This document shows positions 23,869-35,598 of a stretch of 64,000 bases of DNA, one piece after another; the stretch's first letter is position 1; every line of letters starts with the position of its first letter. Both the position numbers and the translations under genes were made by a program. The notes under the pieces are model-generated. The model was not told the origin of the DNA, searched no databases, and worked only from the letters and a program-made list of their open reading frames with translations. The stretch is from Selaginella moellendorffii (taxonomy: Eukaryota; Plantae; Lycopodiophyta): assembly GCF_000143415.4 (NCBI RefSeq), contig NW_003314303.1, forward strand, positions 209,589-273,588, given 5' to 3'.

Positions 23869-25701
23869 ATGATCGCGACGGCGGCCAGCGCCAAGCAAGA
23901 CGAGATCAAATTCTTCGCCCGGCTGCTCAAATCCTGCGGCGAATCCAGGAACCTCGCCGAGGGCAAATTCGCGCACTCGCAGATCTCGCGCAGCGATCAC
24001 GCCAAGAATCTCTTCCTCCGCAATCTCCTCATCGAGATGTATGGGAAGTGTGGCAGCGTCGCGCTCGCGCGGGAGGTGTTCGATTCCCTCGAGTCCCCCA
24101 ACAAATTCTCCTGGAACATCATGCTCGCGGCATATGCCCACAACGGGGATTTGCGCGAGGCGAGGAAGATCTTCGAGCAAAACCCACTGCCGGATCCAGT
24201 GGCCTCCGCGGCGATGATCCGCGCGTACGCGCTGGCAGACGATCTCGAGCAAGCACGCGCGATCCTCCTCCAAATGCCGGATCTCAACGTAGTGTGCTGC
24301 ACGATCCTCATACACGCATATGCCCAGCGCGGGCATCACGCCTCCGCGCAAGAACTCTTCTCCCAGATGCCCGATCGCGATGTCACGGTGTGTAACGCGA
24401 TGATGAAATCACTCGCGGAGGACGATCGGTTGCCGCTAGCGCGCCGGCTGTTCAATCAAATGCCCGAAACAGATGTGGCGTCCTGGAACACGATGATCCA
24501 AGCAAATGCCCTTCACGGGCATCTTGGAGAGTCGCGGCGGCTCTTCCGTGCGATGCCGCAGAGGAACATCATCTCCTGGACGGCGATGCTAGCGGCGGAG
24601 GAGAGCGATCTCGCCGCCGCCAAGATCACATTCGCGGGGATGCCCGAGTGGAATGTCGTCTCCTGGACGGTGATGATCACGGCGCTGGCACAGGCCGGGC
24701 TAGCGCGCGAGGCAGCAGTGCTATTCGCCCAGCTCCCGGAGCAAAACATCGTCTCCATCACCGCCATGATCTCGGGGCTCGGTGCCGCGGGATCGATTGA
24801 CGAGGCGCGCAGCCTCTTCGATCAAATGCCCGCCCGGAACCAAGTCTCTTGGAGCGCGATGATCCAAGCCTACGCGCAGAACGGCTACATCGACGACGCG
24901 CGATCGATTCTAGACGCGATGCCGGCGATGGATTCCGTGGCCTGGAACACGATGATCGCGGCGTATGCCCAAGATGGGCAAATCGAGGAAGCGCTCGCGA
25001 TGCTCAACCAGGTCCCCTGCGCGAGCCCACTGCCCTACACGGTGCTGATATCCGCGATGGCGCAAGAAGGAGCTCTAATCCCCGCCACGAAGCTCTTCTC
25101 GCGGATCCCCAACCACGACACGGTCTCGTGGACGGCGATGGTGGCGGCGAATGCCCAGAACGGGCACGGCAGGGCGGCGCTAGGGTTCTTCCGGGCGATG
25201 GATCTCGAGGGCGTGGCGGCGGACGAGATCACGATCCTGAGCGTGCTGAGCGCTTGCGGGCACGAGGGATTGCTGGCCGAGGGCTGGAGCTACTTCGTCC
25301 TCCTGGGCGACGATCGGGGGATGGCCGCGAGCGTGGAGCACTTCTACTGCATGGTGGATGTGATCGGGCGCGCGGGGCGGCTCCAGGAGGCCGAGGATCT
25401 GATCGCGAGCATGCCATTCGTGCCCAATGTGGTGCCGTGGACGAGCTTGCTCGCGGCGTGCCGGACGCACGGCGATGCGCACAGGGGGGCGCGCGCCGCG
25501 GATCGTGTTCTTGAGTCGCGATTTGGGGCGATCGATGTGCCCTACGCGCTGATTTGCAACGCCTACCTCGGCGCTGGGAGGATCCAGGACGCCGAGATGG
25601 TGCGCCGGATGATGAGGGAGCAGCAATTGGGGCTGGGCGCGCGGAGGAGGAGAAGAGTCGCTCTCCCGCAAAGTACGGATAGCTTTGCCCTAGACATTTA
25701 G
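23869..25701 (+). CDS. PLS-class PPR protein with E domain, no DYW (alternative ATG at 23722)
   Basis: FARLLKSCG..NLLIEMYGKCGS, tandem 31-aa motifs, EHFYCMVDVIGRAG..WTSLLAAC..PYALICNAY..VRRMMRE. Confidence 0.92.
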   Translation: MIATAASAKQDEIKFFARLLKSCGESRNLAEGKFAHSQISRSDHAKNLFLRNLLIEMYGKCGSVALAREVFDSLESPNKFSWNIMLAAYAHNGDLREARKIFEQNPLPDPVASAAMIRAYALADDLEQARAILLQMPDLNVVCCTILIHAYAQRGHHASAQELFSQMPDRDVTVCNAMMKSLAEDDRLPLARRLFNQMPETDVASWNTMIQANALHGHLGESRRLFRAMPQRNIISWTAMLAAEESDLAAAKITFAGMPEWNVVSWTVMITALAQAGLAREAAVLFAQLPEQNIVSITAMISGLGAAGSIDEARSLFDQMPARNQVSWSAMIQAYAQNGYIDDARSILDAMPAMDSVAWNTMIAAYAQDGQIEEALAMLNQVPCASPLPYTVLISAMAQEGALIPATKLFSRIPNHDTVSWTAMVAANAQNGHGRAALGFFRAMDLEGVAADEITILSVLSACGHEGLLAEGWSYFVLLGDDRGMAASVEHFYCMVDVIGRAGRLQEAEDLIASMPFVPNVVPWTSLLAACRTHGDAHRGARAADRVLESRFGAIDVPYALICNAYLGAGRIQDAEMVRRMMREQQLGLGARRRRRVALPQSTDSFALDI

Positions 25702-25768
25702 CGCCAAGAGACATTTAAAAACCACACAAGAAACAGAGTAACATTATTCTTACTAGCACACCATAGCT

Positions 25769-27286
25769 TTAGTCCTCGCCATAGTTCCTCCGGCCGCCAT
25801 AGCCAGTGTAGCCTTCGCTCTTGTCTTCCCCGTACTTCTTCCGGCCTCCATAGCCGCCATAGCCTTCGCCATCGCCTTCTTCGTACTTCTTCCGGCCTCC
25901 ATAGCCTTCTTCACTCTCTTCTTCCCCGTATTTCTTTCGACCACTGCCATATCCTCCACCGCCATAGCCTTCGCCTTCCTCGTCGCCACCATACTTCTTT
26001 CGTCCTCCATAGCCTTCGCTCTCTTCATCTCCACCGTACTTCTTTCCTCCTCCATAGCCTTCGCTCTCTTCAACGTCATCACCATACTTCTTTCGCCCTC
26101 CATAGCCTTCGGTCACTCCAACGTCTTCTCCATACTTCTTTCGCCCTCCATAGCCTTCAGTCACTTCCTCGTCACCACCATACTTCTTTCGCCCTCCATA
26201 GCCTTCGCTCTCTTCAACGTCGCCACCATACTTCTTTCGCCCTCCATAGCCTTCGCTCTCTTCCTCCTCGCCACCATACTTCTTTCGCCCTCCATAGCCT
26301 TCGGTCTCTTCACCGTCGCCACCATACTTCTTTCGCCCTCCATAGCCTTCGGTCTCTTCAACGTCCCCACCATACTTCTTTCGCCCTCCATAGCCTTCGG
26401 TCTCTTCAACGTCGCCACCATACTTCTTGCGCCCTCCATAACCTTCGGTCTCTTCCTCCTCGCCACCATACTTCTTTCGCCCTCCATAGCCTTCGGTCTC
26501 TTCATCGTCCCCACCATACTTCTTTCGCCCTCCATAGCCTTCGGTCTCTTCATCGTCCCCACCATACTTCTTTCGCCCTCCATAGCCTTCGGTCTCTTCA
26601 ACGTCGCCACCATACTTCTTCCGTCCTCCATAGCCTTCGCTCTCTTCCTCCTCTCCAACATACTTCTTTCGTCCTCCATAACCTTCGCTCGCTTCATCGT
26701 CTCCACCATACTTGTTTCGTCCTCCATAGCCCTCGCTCTCCTCCTCATCGCCGCCATACTTCTTTCTTCCTCCGTAGCCCTCGGTCCCCTCCTCGCCACC
26801 ACCACCTCCATAGCCACCGCCATAACCCTGGCTCTCCTGTTCCTCACCGTATTTCTTCCGACCACCACCATACCCGTAGCCTCCGCTCTCCTCGGCACCG
26901 TAATTGCCACCACCGTAGCCTTCACTCTCGCCCTGCCCACCACCATAGCCTACATTCCCAGATCCATACTCACTCCCTCCGCCATAGCCAGATCCATCAT
27001 ACCCAGATGAATGCCCGCCATAGCTACTCTTCCCCTGGCCATGGCCGTAGTAAGAAGGCTTGGCAGTGCCATAATCCGTGGCTCTCCCCACATCCACCTC
27101 GAAATCCTCATCGCCATACTCACCCGGATCGCCACTGCGAGGGTAGCTCCACTCTTCACTCGCTTCCTTGATGGCGCCATACACAGATCCAATGTCGTAG
27201 CCCCCGACGTAGGGCTCTGGATCGAATTCGTCGTGATCCTCAGCATCCTCGCCGCGATCGCCCCCTCGTCCCCATCCTCGAGCCAT
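25769..27286 (-). CDS. Gly/Tyr/Glu/Lys-rich repeat protein, At5g39570 (PLDrp1)-like
   Basis: N-terminal DEFDPEPYVGGYDIGSVYG..SEEWSYP resembles the At5g39570 family head (DEFDPTPYxGGYDI), followed by many EGYGGRKKYGGDxEET repeats. Confidence 0.75.
   Translation of the reverse strand: MARGWGRGGDRGEDAEDHDEFDPEPYVGGYDIGSVYGAIKEASEEWSYPRSGDPGEYGDEDFEVDVGRATDYGTAKPSYYGHGQGKSSYGGHSSGYDGSGYGGGSEYGSGNVGYGGGQGESEGYGGGNYGAEESGGYGYGGGRKKYGEEQESQGYGGGYGGGGGEEGTEGYGGRKKYGGDEEESEGYGGRNKYGGDDEASEGYGGRKKYVGEEEESEGYGGRKKYGGDVEETEGYGGRKKYGGDDEETEGYGGRKKYGGDDEETEGYGGRKKYGGEEEETEGYGGRKKYGGDVEETEGYGGRKKYGGDVEETEGYGGRKKYGGDGEETEGYGGRKKYGGEEEESEGYGGRKKYGGDVEESEGYGGRKKYGGDEEVTEGYGGRKKYGEDVGVTEGYGGRKKYGDDVEESEGYGGGKKYGGDEESEGYGGRKKYGGDEEGEGYGGGGYGSGRKKYGEEESEEGYGGRKKYEEGDGEGYGGYGGRKKYGEDKSEGYTGYGGRRNYGED
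25790..26790 (-). repeat. Coding tandem repeat, 48-nt unit (16 aa), roughly 20 copies with shorter degenerate ends
   Basis: CCATACTTCTTTCGCCCTCCATAGCCTTCG recurs every 48 nt on the + strand. Confidence 0.92.
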
Positions 27287-27354
27287 GATCTCTACACGTC
27301 AACAGAGAAAATGTGTTCTTCCAATCCGTCAGGGGTTCGAATCGTTTTACAAGA

Positions 27355-27402
27355 GTGTGCCACGTCATTGCCACGCAAGCGATGCGTTGGCTTGCCACGT
27401 CG
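27355..27402. promoter_or_regulatory. ABRE/G-box-like cluster in a 167-bp divergent promoter
   Basis: TGCCACGTCA, TGCCACGCAA and TGCCACGTCG within 50 bp between the repeat-protein gene and SCS-beta. Confidence 0.5.
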
Positions 27403-27453
27403 GTGTGTTTAATAGAAATTGCAGGGTTTGAATTAGGTTATCGAGCTGCGGCA

Positions 27454-29396
27454 ATGGCGAGCGCGATGGCGAGGCGCGTCGCGAATGTCGTGGCCAGATC
27501 GCGGATTTCTTCCTTCTATCCACTGCACAAGGCCATCGCCGCGCCGAAAAGCGGTCCCTGGGAGCAGCAGTTGCGGCATCTCAACATCCACGAGTATCAG
27601 GTATTTCCTTAGCTCAGTAGCATCCGATCGATCGATTGAGTGAGTCCCATTGCCGTGTTGATCGTCCAGGGCGCCGATCTTATGAGCAAGTATGGTGTGA
27701 ATGTTCCAAAAGGGGCGGTTGTTTCGTCCAGGAAAGAGATCTCAACCGTGTTGGAAAAGGAGTTCCCTGACAATGAAGAGGTATGGTTTCCAGAGAGGAA
27801 GACGAACGTTTTCATGTTTTCTTCTTCTTCTTTTTTTCTTTTTCAGCTTGTTGTCAAGAGTCAAATTTTGGCTGGTGGTCGTGGTTTGGGAACTTTCAAG
27901 AATGGTTTGAAAGGAGGAGTTCACATCGTCAAACGAGACAAAGTCGAGGACATTGCAGGTTTGCGATTTCCTTAAGAGACCTTTGCTTAAGCACATCTTT
28001 CCAGGAAAAATGCTTGGTCAGATACTTGTGACCAAGCAAACGGGACCGGAGGGAAAGCCAGTGAACAAGGTAATGGTTGGTTACAGAAACCCACTCATTG
28101 AACCCTTCCTCAGGTTTTCATATGCGAGAAGCTGCAGCTTGTCAATGAAATGTACTTCGCCATTGCTCTAGACAGAGCAAGCGCTGGGCCTGTAAGCTCA
28201 CCCAATTTTTTTTTCTCCTCTGATTTACATGCTGTTTTTATACCAGGTTATTATTGCCTGCAGCAAGGGTGGAACAAGCATAGAAGATTTGGCTGAGAAA
28301 TACCCGGACATGATCATCAAGGTTTTTATTTTCCTCTCTTCAAATTTAGAAGAATGTACTAATTCTAATGCCAGGTCCCTATCAACATCCACAAAGGCAT
28401 CACCGATGCCGATGCAGAGAAGGTTGTAAACGGACTGAACTTGAAGTGCGCAGATAAAAACGACTCGATGCAGCAAGTAAAGCACCTGTATGATCTTTTC
28501 TGCAAATCCGACTGCACGCTTGTGGAGGTGAGAAACTTTGCCCCTAGGCTATAGCCATCTAACCAAGTGCCAATTATGCAGATCAATCCACTGGCAGAGA
28601 CTGCGGATGGAAAGCTCGTCGCTGCCGATGCGAAGCTCAACTTCGATGACAATGCGAGCTTCCGTCAACAGGAGATATTCGCACTTCGTGATCAATCTCA
28701 AGAAGATGCTCGAGAGGTTTGAGACCTTGTTCATAGTTTCACGTTTTAATGCCTGTTCGAAAAACAGGTCGCTGCTGCTGCCGCCGATTTGAACTACATT
28801 GGATTGGATGGCGAGATTGGCTGCATGGTGAATGGAGCAGGACTCGCGATGGCAACCATGGATATCATCAAACTGCACGGAGGATCACCAGCCAACTTCC
28901 TTGACGTTGGCGGAAACGCTTCAGAAAACCAGGTACCTTATACCACTTTTTCTCTCTCGTCTAGACTCCGTTTGCTACTTCTTTCCAGGTCATTGAAGCC
29001 TTCAAAATCCTCACGTCTGACAAGAAGGTGAAGGCCATTCTGGTGAACATCTTCGGTGGAATCATGAAGTGTAACGTGATCGCGAGTGGTATTGTCAACG
29101 CTGCCAAGACGGTGCGTCTTTCTCTTCCTCTTGGACATGTGGATGCATGTGGATGAAGTAAAAAGAACTCTCTGCTCTGGTCCTTGTAGGTGTCACTCAA
29201 AGTCCCACTGATCGTTCGATTGGAAGGCACAAATGTTGATCTAGGAAAGAGAATACTAAAGGTAAGCTATATACAACTCCCTTGTTTATAGTTTGGAGGG
29301 AGGTTCATTCTTTGTTTGCAGGAGAGTAAGATGAACTTGATCGCTGCGGACGACTTGGACGATGCCGCAGAGAAGGCTGTGGCCGCGCTGGCTTAA
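27454..29396 (+). CDS. Succinyl-CoA ligase beta subunit, mitochondrial, about 12 exons
   Basis: Presequence then [84 protein letters not shown]. Confidence 0.95.
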
Positions 29397-29823
29397 AAGG
29401 AGGTCAATCCTTCCACCGCAAAGATTTTTGGACGACAATAATTCGGCAAGCAAACCATGTAAGGTTTTTATTTTTGTGGTAACTGATGGCTTGATCATAG
29501 GATCTTACCAAAGTTTCAAGGCAATAGACCTTGCTGGCAAGAAATTTATCCGTTACTACCAGCATGTAAAGTTTGATGGGTCATAGCGGATTTTTATGAG
29601 ATGGAGCGAATTAAAGGAAAGGAATGTGAACGTTTCTCGTGATTCCTAAATTCGAGACTCCACGACGAGCAAGCAATTAATTTAGCGTAATGGCGCTGCT
29701 TAAATTCGGCTAATGCCCCAAAGAGCTCCGGTTCTTGGGCGCTCGAGAGGAAGAGTTTGGGAGTTTTTCCTGATCGTCAATCCAATCCCAATTCTTTTCT
29801 GTGAGTGCTAGTGATCGATCGCC

Positions 29824-30393
29824 ATGGAGAGGAGCCGGCAGCAATCCATCCAGTTGGAATTGGTAGGGAAGATGGTTTCCAAGGAGCTGTCGCTCAAGTA
29901 CTCGGATCTCGCCGCCGCTCCAAGCGACGATCTCGCCCTCCACGCGCCATTCTGCTTCCACTTCGCCGCCTTCCAGTGCTACAGCCCCCAGACCGCGCTG
30001 TGGCTGCGGGACTTCGATCGCCGCAAGAGTGTGGACGCCGCCCCAAAGAGCAGTCCCTCCTCCTCCAGCAAGAGCTACATTTACTACTCCAGCAGCGGCG
30101 ATTTCTCCTCTCCCTCATCCGCCCCTCCCTCCTCGTCTCCATCCTCCAGGCTCGCGAGGCTCATCTCCAAGAAGAAGAAAGCGCGCGGCGGCAAGACGAA
30201 GAAGACGAAGTGGCCATGGCGCCTGTACGACAGTACGGCAATCTCCTTCAAGGGCAAGGTATGTACGGTCTCGCTATGGAGTGGCTAATTCTTTTTTGCT
30301 TATCAGGTATCTTGCAGGGCGTTTAGTTGCATGTCGCAAGAATTTCCAGTGCCGCCAATCCATTTGCCCAGGCATATCCCAGAGATGCTCTAA
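29824..30393 (+). CDS. Uncharacterised protein (Ser-rich tract, basic NLS-like stretch), probably 2 exons
   Basis: GC-rich ORF from a GCCATGG context; GT at 30259 and AG at 30306 give a 48-nt intron and the in-frame tail VSCRAFSCMSQEFPVPPIHLPRHIPEML*; no family recognised. Confidence 0.5.
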
Positions 30394-31877
30394 GTGAACA
30401 AATTGCAAAGGCAAAATAATTCTATGTTTTAAGATTTATAATGCATTTTAGCAACACTTCAACAAATTTCTCATAGTGTTTTGTTAGTTTCTTCCTTTTG
30501 CAAGTCTATCTATCTACTGCCCACTCGGTTGCAGATCCATGTAACATCATCAAGTTCTAAGCGAAGACAAGTCAGACTGCGTGGTCTCTATCTAAAAAAT
30601 GTTCTTTGACACTTTGCAAATAGATGGATAGATAAAATGGTTTCAAATAAATATGTAGAAAAATCAGGAGAAAAGGGGCACTAAGACGAACTCTGCGATG
30701 CCAGTGTATTGCACCGTGAAAATCCAGCTGTTGGGATGGAACACGATCCGTCGCGAGGGAGTAAAGCCCAAACAGTGCCCAATCCAGTACATGTTATATG
30801 TGCTACAATACCACGCCTTGCCACCACCGTCATCCACAAACCCATCATCTTTCTCAAGGTGCTCACATCTCAAGCTCGTTACCACCGGGTGCCGGCTCAA
30901 GTGATCAAAGCCACTCTCTGCGAACTATCATGAAGAACATAAACTTGGAATAGATTCTCCCTGAGTCAAGATCGCTGACGCAACACCAGCGCGAAGCGTG
31001 GATCACAACATCCGGCTCCTCCACTATCCCCGTCGTTTCAGGTTTACCTAAACAACCTCTTGTAGAAATGGAGAGGCTTTTGAATCGCATGGCCATGCTT
31101 TTAAGTCCTGTGTGATATCATTCTCTCTGGATATCAACAACTAGGACACGTGTTTGACTGGCTTGTGGGAAGAAATTAAACGACAAAAATCTGGCCGATT
31201 TTGAGGATTTTGCAAAAGTGAATTGCCGTTCTTCATCTGTTTAATATTTGGCAGATTTCATAATGTTTATTAGAAGCCAAGTCTTCTCTATAAATCACTG
31301 GCATCTCAAGTTGTCTTTTGTGAAACTTATCATCGTAGCAGGCTCTACATTTTCTCATAGCAATTGGAGTTGTTGAGATTATAGAATTAACATGAAATTA
31401 ATTAATATAGAGAGAAATAAATTAAATGTATTAAAATTTATAAAATTTACTTTGAATTCAAATTCACGAGCCTCACACCAACATGGTTTATTCTATTGTA
31501 TTCTTGGACATAATGCTGGTATTAATCAAAATTTTGCACACGGAAACAGACCACAAGAATATTTTTTTTTAAAATCATAATTCTTAACTGCCTTTAGTCA
31601 AATTTGCTCTTAAGATCTGAAGAGGCCTGGAAATTCAAGACCCAACTAAAGGTTAGCCTAATGGGGAGTCATTTAGAGAGCAACAACGAGTAAAACTTTA
31701 TGAGTGATCTTTAGTTTAAAAAGCATCAATTTTTTCCTTAGAAGCTTGTTTAATGGCATAAAGAGTCTTTCACATGTTACTTATTCTTTTATGCATTAGA
31801 TAATTGTCCAAAATATTATCAGTTTTCATTTGGTTATGACGATGCATATGGCTGATTGAGCAAGGAGTCGAACAACA

Positions 31878-32060
31878 GTGACTAGCACGCCCGTCCTGGG
31901 ATGCTCTTCGACTTCACACAGGTAGGCAGCCGCTTGCTGTCCTTGCTCAGTTACGAGCTTTGTCTTACCCACCATTTGATTGTTGTGAGCTACAAACGAA
32001 TGATCAGGAACTGGAAGATGACATATACGAGCACAGTTTGTCCTTCGACAAAGCAGCTTG
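31878..32060 (-). pseudogene. Small remnant of the Cu-ATPase gene (matches about 36300-36490)
   Basis: [33 protein letters not shown] plus retained intron sequence. Confidence 0.8.
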
Positions 32061-32997
32061 GTAAGATCTGTGGTCAAAAGCAGAAACTTGGAGCTCAAGT
32101 TTCTACTGGTGTAATTTGGATCAAAGTTTGGAAGTATATGTTCATAAAAGTTTAGTCTTCACAAAGGATGGTATCTCTTCGCTCACCGTTCTCAACGCCT
32201 CGAATCAGAACGAGGCTTGAAGATACCTCCGGAGATAAACTGTCGTTTTGATGCTCTTCCTTTCCTGATTACAAGTCAAGTACATATATGAATCACTTTT
32301 AAAACTGAATATCTGCCTGGTTCGATTCTAAACTTTTTCTCGATGATTTGTTTTACCAATCTTTGCTCAAAAGTGCTGCTCATTTGATGCCCTCAAGAAA
32401 AAATCCAGCGCTCGTCAATGGGTCAACTCAGGTTGACGTGTGAACTTTATCACAAAAGTGCTACATCTGAAGGTTTTACAAAACCTTGGATTCAAAGGTC
32501 GGATCATTGAATGCTCTGGCTGCTTGTAGTTTGATTTAATGCAAGACAAGTCTGATCCGATGTAGCCACATTATGAATTTGTGTGCTCAAGAATTGCTCG
32601 CAGTTCTCAATGCCTCAAATTGGATCTGGGCTTAGCCATTATGATGCTTTTCGTCGTAGTGATGAAGTTTTACAGCTACTCCTACATGTAGTTCCATCTA
32701 GTCTAGCACCCACTCCATTTAGCCTCACCTAGTTACACATGAATCAATCTTGGTGTTGAATCTTGTATGATATCATGATTTTTTTCCTGCTCTTTCATGA
32801 GATCTTCACTGAATCGATTCATGTGTTTGATTTGATGCCGAACAGGTTGTAGCAAGCAAGCAAGCAAGACTCGCGGACAGAAGATTCAACACTATGATGT
32901 AACTCAAGTTAAATAAAATGTAGTCAGATCCATAGTTACACATGCCGCAACGCGCTTCCTGTGGTGGCCCCATTCCGCCCTTGCTCGCACGCTGGCG

Positions 32998-33972
32998 CAT
33001 GCACTCCTTGATCCCGAGCTGGTTTTGGAAAGCTCGCGCTAGTTTTAGCGAGAGGCTTACCTTCTTGGCCACTGCTGTGGCAGTCGTCCAGTTATCTCCA
33101 GTCATCATGAGCGTCCTTATTCCCATTTGTTTGACGCCTTCCACGACGATGGCGGCTTCTCGTTTGAGGGGGTCTGACACTGCGAGTGACGGAGGTCGTG
33201 GCCAACGGTGACTAGCACGTCCGTCCTGGCACGCTCTTCGACTTCATGCAGGTAGTTGGCCGCTTGCTGTGATAACGGAATTCCTTGCTCGGTTACGAGC
33301 TTCGTGTTTCCCACCTGTTTGATTGTTGTGAGCTACAAACGAATGATTTGGAAGTGGAAGATACATACCAGCACAGACAATGCAGCTTCCGCTTTCAAAT
33401 CGGAGAATTTCTTTACCCAGCTGAAGTCCCGGGTTCTCGACAGAGGCTTTGGCGTCGAAGGAACCCCTCCAAGGACCAAATGGTGGTACGCATAGTCGAG
33501 AACTGCTCTCGCAAGCGGATGCTCGCTACCAGCCTGTGCAAAACCAGTGACGACTTTCATGAACTTCGAAAAGAAAAGAAACAAAGAAAGAGGAGTAGCA
33601 CTTCAGCAGCAGCAAATGCGAGCATCTCCCGACAGGGTCATTCCGTTCCGTTAAAGGCTTAGTTATCACAGACTGTCTACCATTTGTCAAGGTTCGACAC
33701 ACTGGTGTCGTTCTAATGCGTTGCCACCTTTGATTAAAATTCCGTTGAAACCTCCAACACCGCTACCATGATAGCAGTTACGGAGTAAACTATGCAGACG
33801 TAGTTCCAACAGTGACCCATATTGGCCGAGTCACAACGAAGCTAATGATACGCCCCGAGATAGAACTTTCTGCCAATGATAAATTGCACCGGAGTTACAA
33901 GGAGCCAGTTCATCCAGTCACCCATGAGAGAGAAAAGGCCCACAGTGGATGAGCAAAAGCCGATAAGCATCA
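32998..33972 (-). pseudogene. Internally deleted genomic duplicate of the Cu-ATPase gene
   Basis: Matches 36070-36910 and then about 37850-37995, including introns ([29 protein letters not shown]), with frameshifts. Confidence 0.88.
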
Positions 33973-33974
33973 GC

Positions 33975-34300
33975 TTGCTGGCTTCGAGGTCCATTCTCGG
34001 GTACAGGTCGATCAACTGCGAGCCATGGCTTTGTTGGGCATATGGTGTTTCAGCTGCCTTGGTTCTTCAACGTAATTCTGTCGAACAAGCTTCAGCTGCC
34101 TTGGTTCTTGCACGTAATTCTGTCGAACAAGCTTCCGCATACAGGTTGATCAGAGCGCTCTGAAGTACAACACTCGCAGAGACAGCCTGTGCATGAACAG
34201 CTCTACCTTTTGCTCCACGTCGCGCAGTGCAACGGGCAGATTCTTTGCTGCCCGCAACAGAGATGCGAATGTAGCCGCCGCAGCTCGTTTCAGCCTATAT
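33975..34300 (-). pseudogene. PPR remnant fused to the Cu-ATPase remnant; contains a 42-bp tandem duplication
   Basis: Across frameshifts the minus strand reads ATFASLLRA..GRAVHAQAVSASVVLQSALINLY..LFDRITCKNQGS*NT..YAQQ.HGSQLIDLYPRMDLE. Confidence 0.7.
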
Positions 34301-35598
34301 CATGGTTTTCGTTGATAAATTGCTCAAACATAAAAAACAGTTTTGGTTTTCATCGCATCTTGTTATAAAATCTCAAATAATCACTGCATCTTGAGATCAT
34401 CGGCGATTCTGGAACAGAATCTATCTCAATATTGAGAAGAAATTTCCATTATCAATTTCAATGGGTGCTCCAGTTTATAATGAAGTAGATGGCGATTTGG
34501 AAATGGTTCCATTAAAAACTCACCAAATGAGCCTATAACAGTCGTCAGATCTGCCGATGGTCAATAGCAGAAACTTGGATCTCAAGAAACGGTTTCTTGA
34601 GCTCCAAGTTTCTGCTGTTTTGTACATAAGGCGATGGATAAAATGGAGGCTGCTGTAATCTGTATGTTCATACAATATTCTGTGCCTTCTTCAGTCTTCA
34701 CAAAGCATGAAAGAGGGCAAATGATGAAGCATCTCTTCTCTCGCCGTTCTCAATGCCTCGAATTGGAACGAGGCTTGAAGATACCACGGGGGACAAACTG
34801 TCATTCTGATGCTCTCCTCTCTTGATTACAAGTCTAGAACATATGAATCAATTTCAGAAGTGTGGTGGAATCTCTTTGCATGATACTATCTACGTGGTTC
34901 AATTCCTTTATTTGTTTTCCGAATCTTTGCTCAAACTGCTGCCCTCAAGCAGCAGGCAGATGATTCAGAGATGTGTTTGATTTAATGCAGGACAGGCCCA
35001 ATCCCATGTAGCCACAATTTGGGGCAGAAGATTCAACACTGTGCCTTGAGGGAAAATGGTTTCTTGAGTTCCAAGTTTTTGCTGTTGTGTGCAAAACCTA
35101 GGATTTAATGAATGTATGAGCTCATGGATCATCGAATGCGCTTGTATTCGGTGCTGATTTGATTAGAGATTCATCTGTATATGTGCTCAATAGAAGGAAC
35201 GAAGCAAATGATGAATCATCTCTTCCCCGGATCGGAACGAGGCTTGAAGATGGACAAACTGTCATTGCCATTGTCATTGTGTGTTGGATGGTGATCGATC
35301 TTTGTCTCTGTTGCAAGCTTTTACTCCATGATTTCTTTTTCATGCTCATTGGATGAGATCTTTACTAAATGATTCTACAGTGCATCAACTTGATGCCTTG
35401 CCACGAACATAAAGACAAATTCGCGGAGAAGAGTAAATCTTCTTTACCTTTCTCCTATCGAAATCGACTCTGATCTAAGAAAATAGTCAAGCATGAGGAG
35501 GCAAGTGAGCACCGGTAAGCGACCACTTGGAGATGACAAGAACGCGATCAATGTCGAAACTCACAAAACATCTCATGTACAAAATATATAGTTACACA

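Noticed and set aside
24849-25714. Several overlapping Arg/Gly-rich ORFs on both strands
   Set aside because: Expected in GC-rich PPR coding DNA
25790-26790. CRISPR-like regular repeat pattern
   Set aside because: Eukaryotic coding tandem repeat with no unique spacers and no cas genes
26161-26946. 261-aa alternative-frame ORF (MEGERSMV repeats)
   Set aside because: By-product of a stop-free 48-nt repeat in the real gene
30664-31096. Short ORFs in a moderately GC-rich patch
   Set aside because: No recognisable motif or splice structure
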